Shown piece after piece: positions 51,686-62,147 of a DNA stretch of 64,000 bases. The DNA lies in the NCBI GenBank assembly GCA_965219995.1, contig CBDCOX010000002.1, positions 1,184,001 through 1,248,000 of the forward strand. The letters are read 5' to 3'. Numbering within the stretch: position 1 is the first letter of the stretch; the number at the start of each line of letters is the position of its first letter. The notes below the pieces were generated by a model that saw nothing but the letters and a program-made list of their open reading frames with translations, was not told the DNA's origin and did not search any database. This DNA is from Candidatus Latescibacterota bacterium (GTDB taxonomy: Bacteria > Latescibacterota > UBA2968 > GCA-2709665). The position numbers were made by a program, and so were the translations under genes.

Positions 51686-52658
51686 GCTGCTGACCGTGCT
51701 CGTGGCCGCGGGGATGGCGGTCGCTCTTTTTCTTCCGGCATCCGGGACGCCGGAACAGCAGGCTGCAGACCTGTGCGCCGGCGCCGAAGCCGCACGAAGA
51801 CACGGGGACGACGAATCGGCGATGGCGATCTACCGGGAAGCCGTCGGCATTCATTCTGAATCCGTATGTGCACGATTGGGCCTTGCAGGCCTTCTGATTG
51901 AACGGCGAAAACTTGCCGAAGCAGCGGAAACCCTGAAGGCGGTATCACCCGCCCGGTTGCGTCCCAGTGAATGGATGGAATACGCACGCGCGCTTGGAAA
52001 CGCACGGGCTGACAACGAGGCCCAATCTGCATATCTGATGGCCGCCGCGAAAATGCCGGAGGACCCCGGACCCGCCCTGGAGTTGGCCGAATTCCACCTC
52101 GCGGCGGGAAGACCCGACAACGCAGAATCCCAGTTCCGGCGTGCAAGATCTCTGGGCGGCGATCCGGGCGCGATTCACGCCGGCCTGGGGCGCGCGTTCG
52201 TCAGCCGCGGGAGACTCGACTCGGCCGCCGTCCGCTTCCGGCTTGCGCTTCAGAGAGACCCGGCCGACGTCGAATTGCTCTGTGACACCGCCCGGAACGA
52301 GCTCCAGCGTAAGCGGCCGCGCGCCGGACTGCGCCATCTCCGCCGCGCCGTCGCACTGGATCCGCATCTGCCTCGCGCACGGTACCTGCTGGGACGGACG
52401 CTGCTCGCACTCGGGCATGAAAGGGAGGCCCGGGCTCAACTGGATATCTTCAACCGCCAGAACAGGCTGGCCAATCGCATACGCGTACTGAAACATCGCG
52501 TTGCCGAGAACCCGACGGCGGAAGACTATCAGGCGCTGTCGCACCTTTACAGTCTGACGGGACGGGACAGCCTGGCGTCGTCCTGCCTGCAGCGGGCCAC
52601 CGCGCTGAACCCGCTGGTAACCGCGCCGCACGAGGCCCAGGGCGCCGTCCGCTTCTGA
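51648..52658 (+). CDS. Tetratricopeptide-repeat protein, membrane-anchored or exported
   Basis: N-terminal hydrophobic segment and repeated TPR helices (AVALDPHLPRARYLLG). Start uncertain; overlaps the channel gene end. Confidence 0.7.
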   Translation: MRTIVDIAARNYRLLTVLVAAGMAVALFLPASGTPEQQAADLCAGAEAARRHGDDESAMAIYREAVGIHSESVCARLGLAGLLIERRKLAEAAETLKAVSPARLRPSEWMEYARALGNARADNEAQSAYLMAAAKMPEDPGPALELAEFHLAAGRPDNAESQFRRARSLGGDPGAIHAGLGRAFVSRGRLDSAAVRFRLALQRDPADVELLCDTARNELQRKRPRAGLRHLRRAVALDPHLPRARYLLGRTLLALGHEREARAQLDIFNRQNRLANRIRVLKHRVAENPTAEDYQALSHLYSLTGRDSLASSCLQRATALNPLVTAPHEAQGAVRF

Positions 52659-52757
52659 CCTCGTCGTTTCGCGAAAATGCGCCCCTCGGGTCGGCGCCTT
52701 CCTTCCCCGCGCCGGACGTCGGACAACCTGAACCGCGTTCGAGAAAACGTACATCTC

Positions 52758-54767
52758 ATGTCAATGCCATCGCCGAAATCACGGGATTCCCGGGTCGAGA
52801 CCTCCTCCGGGTCGGATTCAAGAAAAGATCGCGGCGTGACCGTAAGGGCCATTGTCTACGGGCTCCTGTTATCCGTGGCCATCGGGATTCTGGGCGACAC
52901 GGTGCGTTATGTCCTCCACGCGTCGTTCATGGCGTACAGCCATATGCCCATGGGCAACCTGATCCTCACGCTGGTCTCGATCATCGTCTGTTCGCTGCTG
53001 GCCTACAGGTTCGGCCGGCGGTTCGTTTTCTCCTCTTCGGAATGGATCACCATCTTCTGTATGGGGTTCATCAGCTCTCTGGGGCCCACCTACGGCATCA
53101 GCGGTTACCTCGTGGGTATCATGGTGGCGCCGCACTATTTCGTGACCCTGGAGAACGAATGGGTAAGGTACCTGCATCCCTATCTTCCCGGATGGCTGAT
53201 ACCGGAAAACGAAGGCAATGCGATGGCCTGGTTCTACGAGGGCCTGCCACAGGGCGCGTCCATACCGTGGGGCATCTGGGCCGTGCCTCTTTTCTGGTGG
53301 TTCACTTTTCTCTGCGCGGTCGCCCTGGCCGTAGCCTGCCTGTCCATCATCTTCCGCAAGCAATGGTCCGAATACGAACGGCTCGTCTTTCCGGCGATGG
53401 AACCCATCATAGAATTCACAACACAGGCTGGAACGGGAAAACGCAGGTTGCCGGAATTCATGAAGGGTAAGGCGTTCTGGGCCGGATTTATGCTCACCAC
53501 GTTCGTTTTCGGCTGGAACATGATTGCCTGGTTCTATCCCCAGTTTCCCCGGTTTCCCACGGCGTCCGCCCGATGGGTCTTCTTTTCCCGTGACTATCCG
53601 CCCGGCTTTTTCTTTCTGAGCGCCGTTGTCATCTGTTTTTCATACTTCGCGAGCCTCGAGATTCTCTTCAGCCTCTGGTTTTTCGACGTCCTGTTCATTC
53701 TCGAGGGCGGCATCCTCAATGAACTCGGCGTATCGGCAATTTCACCCTACTACGGCAGAGGTCGTTATATCTGGCAGACGGCCGGAGGATTCACGGCCTT
53801 CGCCCTCTGGGGGATCTGGGTCGCGAGACACCACCTGCGAGACGTCTTCGCGAAAGCGCTGAATCCGAACCGGCCCACCCCGGACGACAGCACTGAGCTG
53901 CTCTCGTGCCGGGCTGCCGTGCTGGGGCTTGTTGTCGGTTGCCTCTACATGGCGCTCTGGCTCGCGTGGATCGGGATGCAGGTGAAGGTGATTGTCCTTC
54001 TCATCCTTTGCATGCTCATCGTCTACACCACCGTTTCAAAGATGCTGGCGGACTCCGGCATCATCTACCTGAACCCTCCCACGTCGGCGTGGGGGCTCCT
54101 GAGCCGGTTTCTGGGCGGTTCACACACCTTTACCGCGTCGACCAAAATGGCGTTAAGCCTTTCCTCGCGGGCCGTAAATCACTACAGGGGCCTGTCCATG
54201 GGTACGATGGCCCATATCAACCGCCTGGCGGAGTTTCTGCCCTCCGGAAAACGTCGGCTGTTCGGGGCGATCTGCGGGGCGTTCGTGGTGGGGATGGTTA
54301 CGTCGACGCTTTATACCGTGTGGCTCGGCTATACCATTGGCGGGTACAATATACAACCCAACTGGCTGATCATCCACGCGGGCATCCGGCAGATTACCGG
54401 CATTGCCAATTCAATCAAGGCCGTCGACAGCCCGATCGAGCCGGTCAACTACTGGTTCTTTCTGGCCGGGGCCGCCGTCATGGCAGTTCTGAATCTGATG
54501 AGGTATCGATTCGTCTGGTGGCCGCTGCATCCGATCGGGTTCGCGCTGTCCGGCACCGCGCTTTCGAGGCTCACCAGCGCGACGATATTCGTGGCGTGGC
54601 TGGTCAAGCTGACGATGCTCAAGCTCGCGGGCGCCGCCTTTTACCGTAAGTCCAGACCCTTCTTCATCGGCATGCTGGTGGGTTATATTCTCTCCGTCGC
54701 CGCCGGCGTTGTCGTGGACGCCATCTGGTTCCAGCCGGATGGCCACGTGGTTCACAAGTGGTATTAG
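52758..54767 (+). CDS. DUF6785/DUF6784-type polytopic membrane protein (putative transporter)
   Basis: Many TM segments; IPWGIWAVPL, RKQWSEYERLVFP, RYRFVWWPLHPIGF, RPFFIGMLVG. Confidence 0.75.
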   Translation: MSMPSPKSRDSRVETSSGSDSRKDRGVTVRAIVYGLLLSVAIGILGDTVRYVLHASFMAYSHMPMGNLILTLVSIIVCSLLAYRFGRRFVFSSSEWITIFCMGFISSLGPTYGISGYLVGIMVAPHYFVTLENEWVRYLHPYLPGWLIPENEGNAMAWFYEGLPQGASIPWGIWAVPLFWWFTFLCAVALAVACLSIIFRKQWSEYERLVFPAMEPIIEFTTQAGTGKRRLPEFMKGKAFWAGFMLTTFVFGWNMIAWFYPQFPRFPTASARWVFFSRDYPPGFFFLSAVVICFSYFASLEILFSLWFFDVLFILEGGILNELGVSAISPYYGRGRYIWQTAGGFTAFALWGIWVARHHLRDVFAKALNPNRPTPDDSTELLSCRAAVLGLVVGCLYMALWLAWIGMQVKVIVLLILCMLIVYTTVSKMLADSGIIYLNPPTSAWGLLSRFLGGSHTFTASTKMALSLSSRAVNHYRGLSMGTMAHINRLAEFLPSGKRRLFGAICGAFVVGMVTSTLYTVWLGYTIGGYNIQPNWLIIHAGIRQITGIANSIKAVDSPIEPVNYWFFLAGAAVMAVLNLMRYRFVWWPLHPIGFALSGTALSRLTSATIFVAWLVKLTMLKLAGAAFYRKSRPFFIGMLVGYILSVAAGVVVDAIWFQPDGHVVHKWY

Positions 54768-54899
54768 TACGGACGAAGGAAACGTGTGTCGTTATTCGGC
54801 GATCCGCATCCCTGAGGCGGCGCTCCACCGTGAGCCGGAAGTGCCAAGACGTCGAAACGGCCTTGTGCCCGGGATCTTTCACCTGATGCAGGTGTCTTC

Positions 54900-57800
54900 G
54901 TGAAAACAAACAACGTCACGCTCGGTCTGTGCATCCTGATCGCCTTTCTCCTGTTGACCCTGGTCTCACCGCAGGCGATCACCGACCGCCTGTTCCAATG
55001 GTTCGATATCCGCTATCCCGAACCTCCGCCCGTCAGGGTAGCCTCCGGGCAGCAGGAACTGGCCGACACCATCACAGACTGGATAACGCCCGCGGAAGTC
55101 GAGTCGCGCCTGCGCCGGCTGGCCGAATCGGGTTCGAGGGTGGTGGGCTATCCGGGCCACGCCGCCGCATCACGATACATCCAGGCAGAGTTCGAGCGTA
55201 TGGGTCTGGAGAACGTCTCCATCGAAAGCTACGACGTCACGTCGCCCGTGGACAAGGGCGGCGGACTGCGCATCGTCGGCGAGCCCGGCGTGATACCCAT
55301 TCATGCGGTCTGGCCCAACCTCGTCCGCACGTCCACGCTGCCGCGCGCGGGCCTGCGAGCCCCGCTGATCGACGGCGGCGCCGGAGAATTCTCGGATTTC
55401 AACGGCAAGGAACCCGGCGGAAGCGTCGTGCTGATGGATTTCAACTCCTGGAACCGCTGGATGAACGCCTCCATGCTGGGCGCACGGGCAATTGTCTTCG
55501 TCGCGCCGGATTCCACCACAACGGCTGAAGCAGAGCAGAAGTTCTTCCAGGTTCCACTCAACGCGCCCCGGTTCTGGATCGGAAGGTCCGAAGGGGAACG
55601 CCTCCGAAGGCGCCTGGCCGCCGGCGAGCGGATCGACGTGGAACTGAAGGCGCGAATGGACTGGGAAAGGCACTCCGCAAACAACATTATCGGCTGGATA
55701 ACAGGTACGGACCCGCAGCTTCGGGAACGCGTGGTACTCATCGACGCCTATTACGACGCGATGTCGGTGGTACCCGCGCTCGCCCCCGGCGCCGAACAGG
55801 CATCCGGCATCGTGGGCCTTCTGGAAATGGCCGAGTACTTCAAGGCGCATCCGCCCGCCCACACCATCCTCTTCCTCGCGACGTCGGCGCACCATCTCGG
55901 TTTTCGCGGCGTCTGCGACTTTCTGGGAAGACATGCCAGAAAAGAGGAACACTTCGCCGAGCTGATGACGGATCCCATCGATATCCGGCTCTGGATCTCG
56001 CTGGATCTCACCTCGCAGACCGACCAGATGGCGGTCTGGAACGGCTCCACGGCGTTCTATTTCCAGCGTTTCTTCACGCCCCTTGGCAAACGCTTCAGCG
56101 GCCTTGGCGCGGACCTGGCGCCGGCGTTCGGCATGGACGCCAAGAGTTCGCTTGTCGACGGCATCAACCCCCCATCGGGCATGAGTTGGCGGATGTTCAT
56201 TCCGGGCGGCAATCTGAAGACCGACTCGCAGGTGGTGCTCACCGCGGGAATGCCGACCCTGGCTTTCGTGACCATAAACGACGCGCGATTCAGGGTGGAT
56301 ACACCCCACGACACGGTAGACCATGTCAATCTGACCCAACTGACGAATCAGATCAGGCTGCTTGCGGCGGTACTCAGCAAAGCCCTGAATGAACCCGATT
56401 TCCTACCCGACTACCGTGTGAAGATGAAGGACAGGATGCGCGCCCTGAAGGGGCGCCTGCTTACGTACCCGCGTCGCAGCATCACCCCGGACCGGCCGCG
56501 CAAGGGCGCGGTGGCCGTATTGCGGATGACTTCCGAAAAAACGGTCAAGGGCGTGCGCGCCATCTTCTACGACCTGGCCGACGAAAACGGAGAGTTCTAC
56601 GTCCCGGGTCTCGCCGTACGGTGGGTTGGCCTGGACGCCTATTACCTCGACCCGGAAAGCGGTGAAATCACCTATGCGGCGGATCGGGGTCAGGCAGCGC
56701 GGATCTACAAGCCCGAATTCGGCATGGACTGGTGGATTACACGCGCCACCCGCATCATGTTTCCCTGCGTGTCGACCGACTTCTACGAAACCGTAGATCC
56801 GCGATATCTCACCAAGCTCCCGAGCCTCTCCCTGTACGGCGACGGAAACACCGCCCCCCGGGAATACGGATATACACTGGGTTACGGACCCAACGAACCG
56901 GTCGGCGTGGTCTTCACGCCCCCGGGCGTCAAGCTCAAGATCACGATGCAGACGAAGGGGATCGGCATCCGCTACATGCTGCTGAATGCCACCGATACGA
57001 CCAGCGTGGAAGCCGCACGCAAGAGCGGGTTCGTGGCCGCCACCCACGGCGCGATCACCCACACGGCCTATCAGGCCGCCAAGGACATGTGGGTCCTCGA
57101 CCACGCCAGGATGCGCGAGCTCAACGAATACGGAATCGAAAACGACCGGCTTTCCGATCTGCACAACCGGGCGGCGGCACATCTGGCGCGCGCGGACTCG
57201 GCCCGGCAGCGATTGCGGTGGGACGAGTTCATCAGGCATTCGCGCGCGGCGCTCGGCCTTGAATCGCGCGCCTATCCGGACGTGAAGGGGACGCAGAACG
57301 ACGTGATCCGCGGCATCATCTTTTTCATGGCGCTGGTTCTGCCCTGTGCTTTTTTCGGCGAGCGGCTTATCTTTACCGCGGTGGACATCCGTTGGCAGAT
57401 TGTGGGCTTCGCCGGTATATTCGTGGTTATCTGGGTCTTTCTGTCCATCGTTCATCCCGCATTCGACCTTTCGAATCCCTTTGTCATCCTCCTGGCCTTT
57501 GTGCTCCTGGCGCTGGCCAGCTTCGTGATCAGCCTGGTATTCTCCCGCTTCAACAGTCAGATGCGCAACCTGCGCACCGAGGCCGCTGTCATCCACGACG
57601 TGGACGTGGGACGGATTTCCGCCTCGCTGGCGGCCTTTCAACTGGGCATCGCCAATATGAAGCGGCGCAAACTCAGAACGGCGCTCACCTTTACCACGCT
57701 CGTCCTGCTTACCTTCACCGTGTTGTCCTTCTCTTCGATCAAGTCCCAGCTCAAGTTTCACCAGATTTCACGGGACAATCTGGGCCCGTATCCGGGAATG

Positions 57801-59420
57801 CTCATCCGGAGCAAGTACTGGGCGCCCCTCGAGGAATCGGTACTCGACTATGTGAACGCCAACTTCGGCCAGGAGGCCGTTGTGGCGGCGCGCAGCTGGT
57901 ACGCCTCCAAGGAGAAAAAGGCCATCCAGGTCGTTTCGGACAGCGCGTCGGCCAACGCGCTCGGCATTGTGGGGTTGACCGCGCAGGAAACCGACGTGAT
58001 CGGGATTCAGGACTGTCTGGCGGCCGGTCGGTGGTTCCTCCCGGGCGAACGGAACGTCGCCGTGCTGCCCCAGGCGATGGCCGACCTCCTGAAGATCGGC
58101 GAAGCCGATATCGGACAGGCCGAGGTCCGGCTCTTCGGAGAACGATTCAAGGTGGTCGGACTGATCGACGCCGAGCGCATGAAAGACCTCGAAGACCTCG
58201 ATGGAGAGCCCCTGACGCCCGCGGATTTCGTGCTGACCGACGAGAACGTGTTCATGCAGATGGCGCAACAGGAGAAACGCGAAAAAGCAGGCCTGGAAGA
58301 GACCGACGTCGAGATCATGGAATTCGAACACCTCGACCCGGCCAACGTCATGGTGGTACCGTACCAGGCGCTCAGGGAAGTCAACAGCCCGCTCCAGGCC
58401 ATCGCCGTGAGGTTCCGGGACCCGTCGGTGGTCAGGCAGCGGGTGGAAAGCTTTATCTCGCGGCTCTCCGTCGTCCTCTTTGCGGGGGTCCCGGAAATCT
58501 CTCCCGAGGGAGAGATCGGACGCATTGCGGTTTCCGTGTACTCCTCTTTCGGACGGGCGTCGGCGCAGGGCCTGAGCAACCTGTTCATTCCCATCGCCAT
58601 CGCCGCCCTGATCGTATTGAACACGATGATGGGGTCGGTTTACGAACGATTCCGGGAAATCGGCATCTATTCCTCGGTCGGCCTGGCGCCCGTGCACATC
58701 GCCTTCCTGTTCCTGGCCGAGTCCTGCGTTTACGCGGTGCTTGGCGCGGTTTCGGGTTATCTGCTCGCGCAGGGCGTTTCCAAAATCGTGCTCTGGCAGG
58801 GGCTTCTCGAGGGCATTACCGTGAATTACTCCTCCATCTCCGCCATGGCCTCCTCCACGCTCGTGATGCTCGTGGTGATCCTCTCCACCATCTACCCCGC
58901 CCGCCGGGCTTCGCAGCTGGCGGTTCCGGATATCACGCGGCGCTGGAAACTTCCGGATCCGGAAGCGGACCGCTGGGATTTTGAGTTCCCGTTCACCATA
59001 TCCGGCAACGAAGTCCTGGGTCTGTTCACGTTTCTCACCAGGTATTTCGACTTTCATACGGAAAGCTCGATGGGCACGTTCTTCACGCACGGGGCCAACC
59101 TGTCCGCGTACGACACGAACCGGGACCGCGGGTACCGAATCGATACGACCATCTGGCTCGCGCCCTTCGATCTCGGGGTCAGCCAGACCATCCGCCTGGC
59201 GTCCGCGCCCACGGGCGCCTTCGGCATCCACACGCTCGAGATCACCATAGACCGGCTGTCCGGCGACCTCGCGTCGTGGAAGCGGTGCAACCAGCGCTTC
59301 ATGAACCAGATCCGGAAGCAGTTTCTCATCTGGCGCACCATCCCGGAAGAAAGCCAGCGTCAATACAGAAGCGACGGCGATGAACTGATCGGTGAAGCGC
59401 GCGTGCGACGAGAGGCGTAG
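54900..59420 (+). CDS. Giant fusion: PA + M28 peptidase-like domain and two FtsX/MacB-like permease modules
   Basis: SRVVGYPG, NIIGWITG...VLIDAYYD, APGAEQASG; TM cluster; NMKRRKLRTALT, GRWF, SVYERFREIGIYSSVG, STIYPARRAS. Confidence 0.8.
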   Translation: MKTNNVTLGLCILIAFLLLTLVSPQAITDRLFQWFDIRYPEPPPVRVASGQQELADTITDWITPAEVESRLRRLAESGSRVVGYPGHAAASRYIQAEFERMGLENVSIESYDVTSPVDKGGGLRIVGEPGVIPIHAVWPNLVRTSTLPRAGLRAPLIDGGAGEFSDFNGKEPGGSVVLMDFNSWNRWMNASMLGARAIVFVAPDSTTTAEAEQKFFQVPLNAPRFWIGRSEGERLRRRLAAGERIDVELKARMDWERHSANNIIGWITGTDPQLRERVVLIDAYYDAMSVVPALAPGAEQASGIVGLLEMAEYFKAHPPAHTILFLATSAHHLGFRGVCDFLGRHARKEEHFAELMTDPIDIRLWISLDLTSQTDQMAVWNGSTAFYFQRFFTPLGKRFSGLGADLAPAFGMDAKSSLVDGINPPSGMSWRMFIPGGNLKTDSQVVLTAGMPTLAFVTINDARFRVDTPHDTVDHVNLTQLTNQIRLLAAVLSKALNEPDFLPDYRVKMKDRMRALKGRLLTYPRRSITPDRPRKGAVAVLRMTSEKTVKGVRAIFYDLADENGEFYVPGLAVRWVGLDAYYLDPESGEITYAADRGQAARIYKPEFGMDWWITRATRIMFPCVSTDFYETVDPRYLTKLPSLSLYGDGNTAPREYGYTLGYGPNEPVGVVFTPPGVKLKITMQTKGIGIRYMLLNATDTTSVEAARKSGFVAATHGAITHTAYQAAKDMWVLDHARMRELNEYGIENDRLSDLHNRAAAHLARADSARQRLRWDEFIRHSRAALGLESRAYPDVKGTQNDVIRGIIFFMALVLPCAFFGERLIFTAVDIRWQIVGFAGIFVVIWVFLSIVHPAFDLSNPFVILLAFVLLALASFVISLVFSRFNSQMRNLRTEAAVIHDVDVGRISASLAAFQLGIANMKRRKLRTALTFTTLVLLTFTVLSFSSIKSQLKFHQISRDNLGPYPGMLIRSKYWAPLEESVLDYVNANFGQEAVVAARSWYASKEKKAIQVVSDSASANALGIVGLTAQETDVIGIQDCLAAGRWFLPGERNVAVLPQAMADLLKIGEADIGQAEVRLFGERFKVVGLIDAERMKDLEDLDGEPLTPADFVLTDENVFMQMAQQEKREKAGLEETDVEIMEFEHLDPANVMVVPYQALREVNSPLQAIAVRFRDPSVVRQRVESFISRLSVVLFAGVPEISPEGEIGRIAVSVYSSFGRASAQGLSNLFIPIAIAALIVLNTMMGSVYERFREIGIYSSVGLAPVHIAFLFLAESCVYAVLGAVSGYLLAQGVSKIVLWQGLLEGITVNYSSISAMASSTLVMLVVILSTIYPARRASQLAVPDITRRWKLPDPEADRWDFEFPFTISGNEVLGLFTFLTRYFDFHTESSMGTFFTHGANLSAYDTNRDRGYRIDTTIWLAPFDLGVSQTIRLASAPTGAFGIHTLEITIDRLSGDLASWKRCNQRFMNQIRKQFLIWRTIPEESQRQYRSDGDELIGEARVRREA

Positions 59421-59423
59421 ACC

Positions 59424-60722
59424 GTGCCGCTCGGCAGACACATTCTGGTGGAGCTCTACGGGTCTCCCTCATCCGTTCTGGACGACGTCAACCGCATCGA
59501 AGCGTGCATGATTCACGCGGCGAACGCGGCGAACGCGACCGTCATCAATACCTCCTTCCACCGATTCTCGCCCCACGGCGTCTCCGGCGTGGTCGTCATC
59601 CACGAAAGCCACCTCTCCATCCACACCTGGCCCGAGCACGGTTTCGCCGCCGTCGACCTGTTCACCTGCGGCGATACGATCGATCCCTGGAAGGCGTACG
59701 AAGCGCTGAAATCGGACCTGGAAGCCACTCACGGCACCACCCGCGAAATCGACCGCGGACAACGCATTGCGCCGGCTCAGACCGGCGCCGCGCCGGCGCA
59801 AGCAGCAATGGAATCGCCGACGGCACACGTCCGCAATCTCTGGTTTACCAGGAGAGAAGAACAGATCGCCCTTTCGCTCAGGCACGCGGGCGTGCGCTTC
59901 CAGCACCGGTCGGCCCACCAGAAGATCGAAGTACTCGACAGTTTCGGATACGGCAAAGCGCTGGTGATCGACGGGGCGATTGTCTGTACCGAGCAGGACG
60001 AGCACATCTACCATGAGATGATCGTACACGTACCCATGCAGACCCGCCCGCACGCCCGCCGGGCCCTGGTCATCGGGGGCGGCGACGGCGGGGCCGCTCG
60101 GGAATTGCTTCGATACGAGCAGATCGAGCAGGTTGTCGCGGTTGAACTCGACGCCGCGGTTGTCAGCGCCTGCAGGCAGCATTTCCCTGCCCTTGCGCCG
60201 GCTTTCGACGATCCAAGGCTCTCGCTGCATATTGCGGACGGCCTTACCTATATCCAAACCTTTCCTGCCGAATCCTTCGACGTGGTGATTGTGGACGTGG
60301 CCGACCCCTCAGGCGGATCCCGGCAACTCTTTACCGAGCCCTTTTACCTGCGCGTTCGCGAAAGCCTCCGTCCCGACGGGGTCATGGTGGCCCAGACCGA
60401 ACCTCCCGCACTCAACAGCCGCACGTTCGCGGCGATATACACACGCCAGGAATCGGTCTTCGGTCCGGGTAACGTACATTGCTATCTCGCCTCCATTCCA
60501 ACGGTTACGACCGGGCTGGTCAGCTTTTCCTATGCCGCGAAGGAGCCCTTTGACCCTGCTGGAGACTTCAACCCGGCAGACGCCCGCCGCTTCTCGGAAA
60601 CCCACGGCCTGCAATACTACAACGAGGAAATTCACCGTGCGGCCTTTGTACTCCCCCCTTTCGTCAGACGTCTTTTGCGAGGCGAACCCCCGAAGCCGGC
60701 GTTTCGTGAACGCGTTGGATAG
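59424..60722 (+). CDS. speD-speE: Fused S-adenosylmethionine decarboxylase (SpeD) - spermidine synthase (SpeE)
   Basis: N-terminal [31 protein letters not shown]; C-terminal [42 protein letters not shown]. Confidence 0.92.
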   Translation: MPLGRHILVELYGSPSSVLDDVNRIEACMIHAANAANATVINTSFHRFSPHGVSGVVVIHESHLSIHTWPEHGFAAVDLFTCGDTIDPWKAYEALKSDLEATHGTTREIDRGQRIAPAQTGAAPAQAAMESPTAHVRNLWFTRREEQIALSLRHAGVRFQHRSAHQKIEVLDSFGYGKALVIDGAIVCTEQDEHIYHEMIVHVPMQTRPHARRALVIGGGDGGAARELLRYEQIEQVVAVELDAAVVSACRQHFPALAPAFDDPRLSLHIADGLTYIQTFPAESFDVVIVDVADPSGGSRQLFTEPFYLRVRESLRPDGVMVAQTEPPALNSRTFAAIYTRQESVFGPGNVHCYLASIPTVTTGLVSFSYAAKEPFDPAGDFNPADARRFSETHGLQYYNEEIHRAAFVLPPFVRRLLRGEPPKPAFRERVG

Positions 60723-60816
60723 GCATCGCGTGGTATCATGGGATTCCAGTCCGGTCTGCGCGAAACCGTTGGGGGTTTCAGCTCTGGCGTCGACCGGAGC
60801 TTTGTTTCCTTTCCTG

Positions 60817-60845
60817 TTGACAATGCCTCCGGCCCGGAGTAGCTT
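60817..60845 (+). promoter_or_regulatory. Sigma70-type promoter
   Basis: TTGACA-N17-TAGCTT. Confidence 0.5.
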
Positions 60846-60984
60846 CAGCGACAACCGCCACGGGAATTTGCGAACGACAATGGTTCACACCGCCGTGTAT
60901 TCCGCGCGAACGCGTGCATGAACCGTTTCCCGATGCCGAAATTCTCTCCGGGCGGGATGCAGCGGGGAGAATTTCGTACAATCT

Positions 60985-61758
60985 ATGCGAACATCCGGTA
61001 ATCCGAACGTCTCCGTCGACAGCCCCGTGCCGCGGTCACACACCGTCGATACCCTGAGCAGGGACCTGAAGCATCTCGGACTCGAATCGGGCGATACCGT
61101 TTTCATACACGTTTCATTCAAGAGCCTGGGACCGGTCGAAGGCGGCGCGCTCACCGTCGTGCACGCCCTGGAGAATGCCACGAGGCCCGGGGGCCTCATC
61201 CTGATGCCCTCGTTCAATCTCCTGGAGAATACCCGGTTGCGGGCTGAAGCGTGGGACCCTGATACGACCCCCTCCACCGTGGGGTGGCTCACCGAATTCT
61301 TCCGCACCATGCCCGGCACGTTTCGCTCGGACCACTATTCCCATTCCGTCGCCGCTCGCGGCAGGAACGCCCGGGCTTTCGTTGACGGCCATCGCGACAG
61401 AACAGGCCGTGCTTCGCCCTGGGACCGGGATCCGTGGGGCAAGACGTACGGCGACAATTCTCCGATGGTCAGGGCCTATGCGGCCGGCGGCAAACTGCTC
61501 ATGCTGGGCGTTACCTACGAAACGTCAACCTATATTCACCTTGTGGAAGTCATCTGCTGGCACCGGCGCCGCGAGGTCGAGCCGGATGCCGGATACGGCA
61601 GGATCGACCGCCCGGCGCTGGGGGCATACTGGGAGGGCAGCGGCGCGCTGAACCTGGGGCGGGTGGGCGATGCCCGGTGCCGGCTCTTCCCCATCCGGAC
61701 CTACGTGGATACGCTTGTCGAGGAGGTCGAACGCAGGCCGGACACCTATTTCAAATAG
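60985..61758 (+). CDS. AAC(3) family (Antibiotic_NAT) N-acetyltransferase
   Basis: LGLESGDTVFIHVSFKSLG, LMPSF, GWLTEFFR, RSDHYSHSVAARG, LLMLGV...TYIHLVE. Confidence 0.85.
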   Translation: MRTSGNPNVSVDSPVPRSHTVDTLSRDLKHLGLESGDTVFIHVSFKSLGPVEGGALTVVHALENATRPGGLILMPSFNLLENTRLRAEAWDPDTTPSTVGWLTEFFRTMPGTFRSDHYSHSVAARGRNARAFVDGHRDRTGRASPWDRDPWGKTYGDNSPMVRAYAAGGKLLMLGVTYETSTYIHLVEVICWHRRREVEPDAGYGRIDRPALGAYWEGSGALNLGRVGDARCRLFPIRTYVDTLVEEVERRPDTYFK

Positions 61759-61850
61759 GCCGTTTCCCGCCGGGCCGGTTCCGGCAATCCGTAACCTGCA
61801 CCGCACACCGGACGAAACTGGCCGCAGCAATGAGCCCGAAGGAGGATTTC

Positions 61851-62099
61851 GTGACGTCGGAACAGGCCGCAGCGCTGATAAACACCCTCGAATCCCTGAT
61901 GGACGCGATCGGGAAGAAGGAACCGATCACGGAACACCTGCTTCGTCTGTCCGCGCTCCAGCGGAACCTCGCGCCGGTCGCGTCCCCACAGTTGAATCAC
62001 TTCCTGCAGAACAGAAGCTATACGAAAGCGCTGGAGTTCCTGAGGAACGGTGTCGTCGTCGAGGATCCGAAGCGTCCGGACTGCGACGACGACGCATAG
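61851..62099 (+). CDS. Small hypothetical protein (82 aa)
   Basis: GTG start after AAGGAGG; helical sequence with LNHFLQNRSYTKALEFL motif. Confidence 0.65.
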   Translation: MTSEQAAALINTLESLMDAIGKKEPITEHLLRLSALQRNLAPVASPQLNHFLQNRSYTKALEFLRNGVVVEDPKRPDCDDDA

Positions 62100-62147
62100 T
62101 CGCGCCGCGCCCGGTCAATCCATACGATCACGCAGAGAGGGTTCACC

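Noticed and set aside
60985-61758. Acquired aminoglycoside resistance gene
   Set aside because: Family membership alone is insufficient; it has backbone-like composition and no mobile context.
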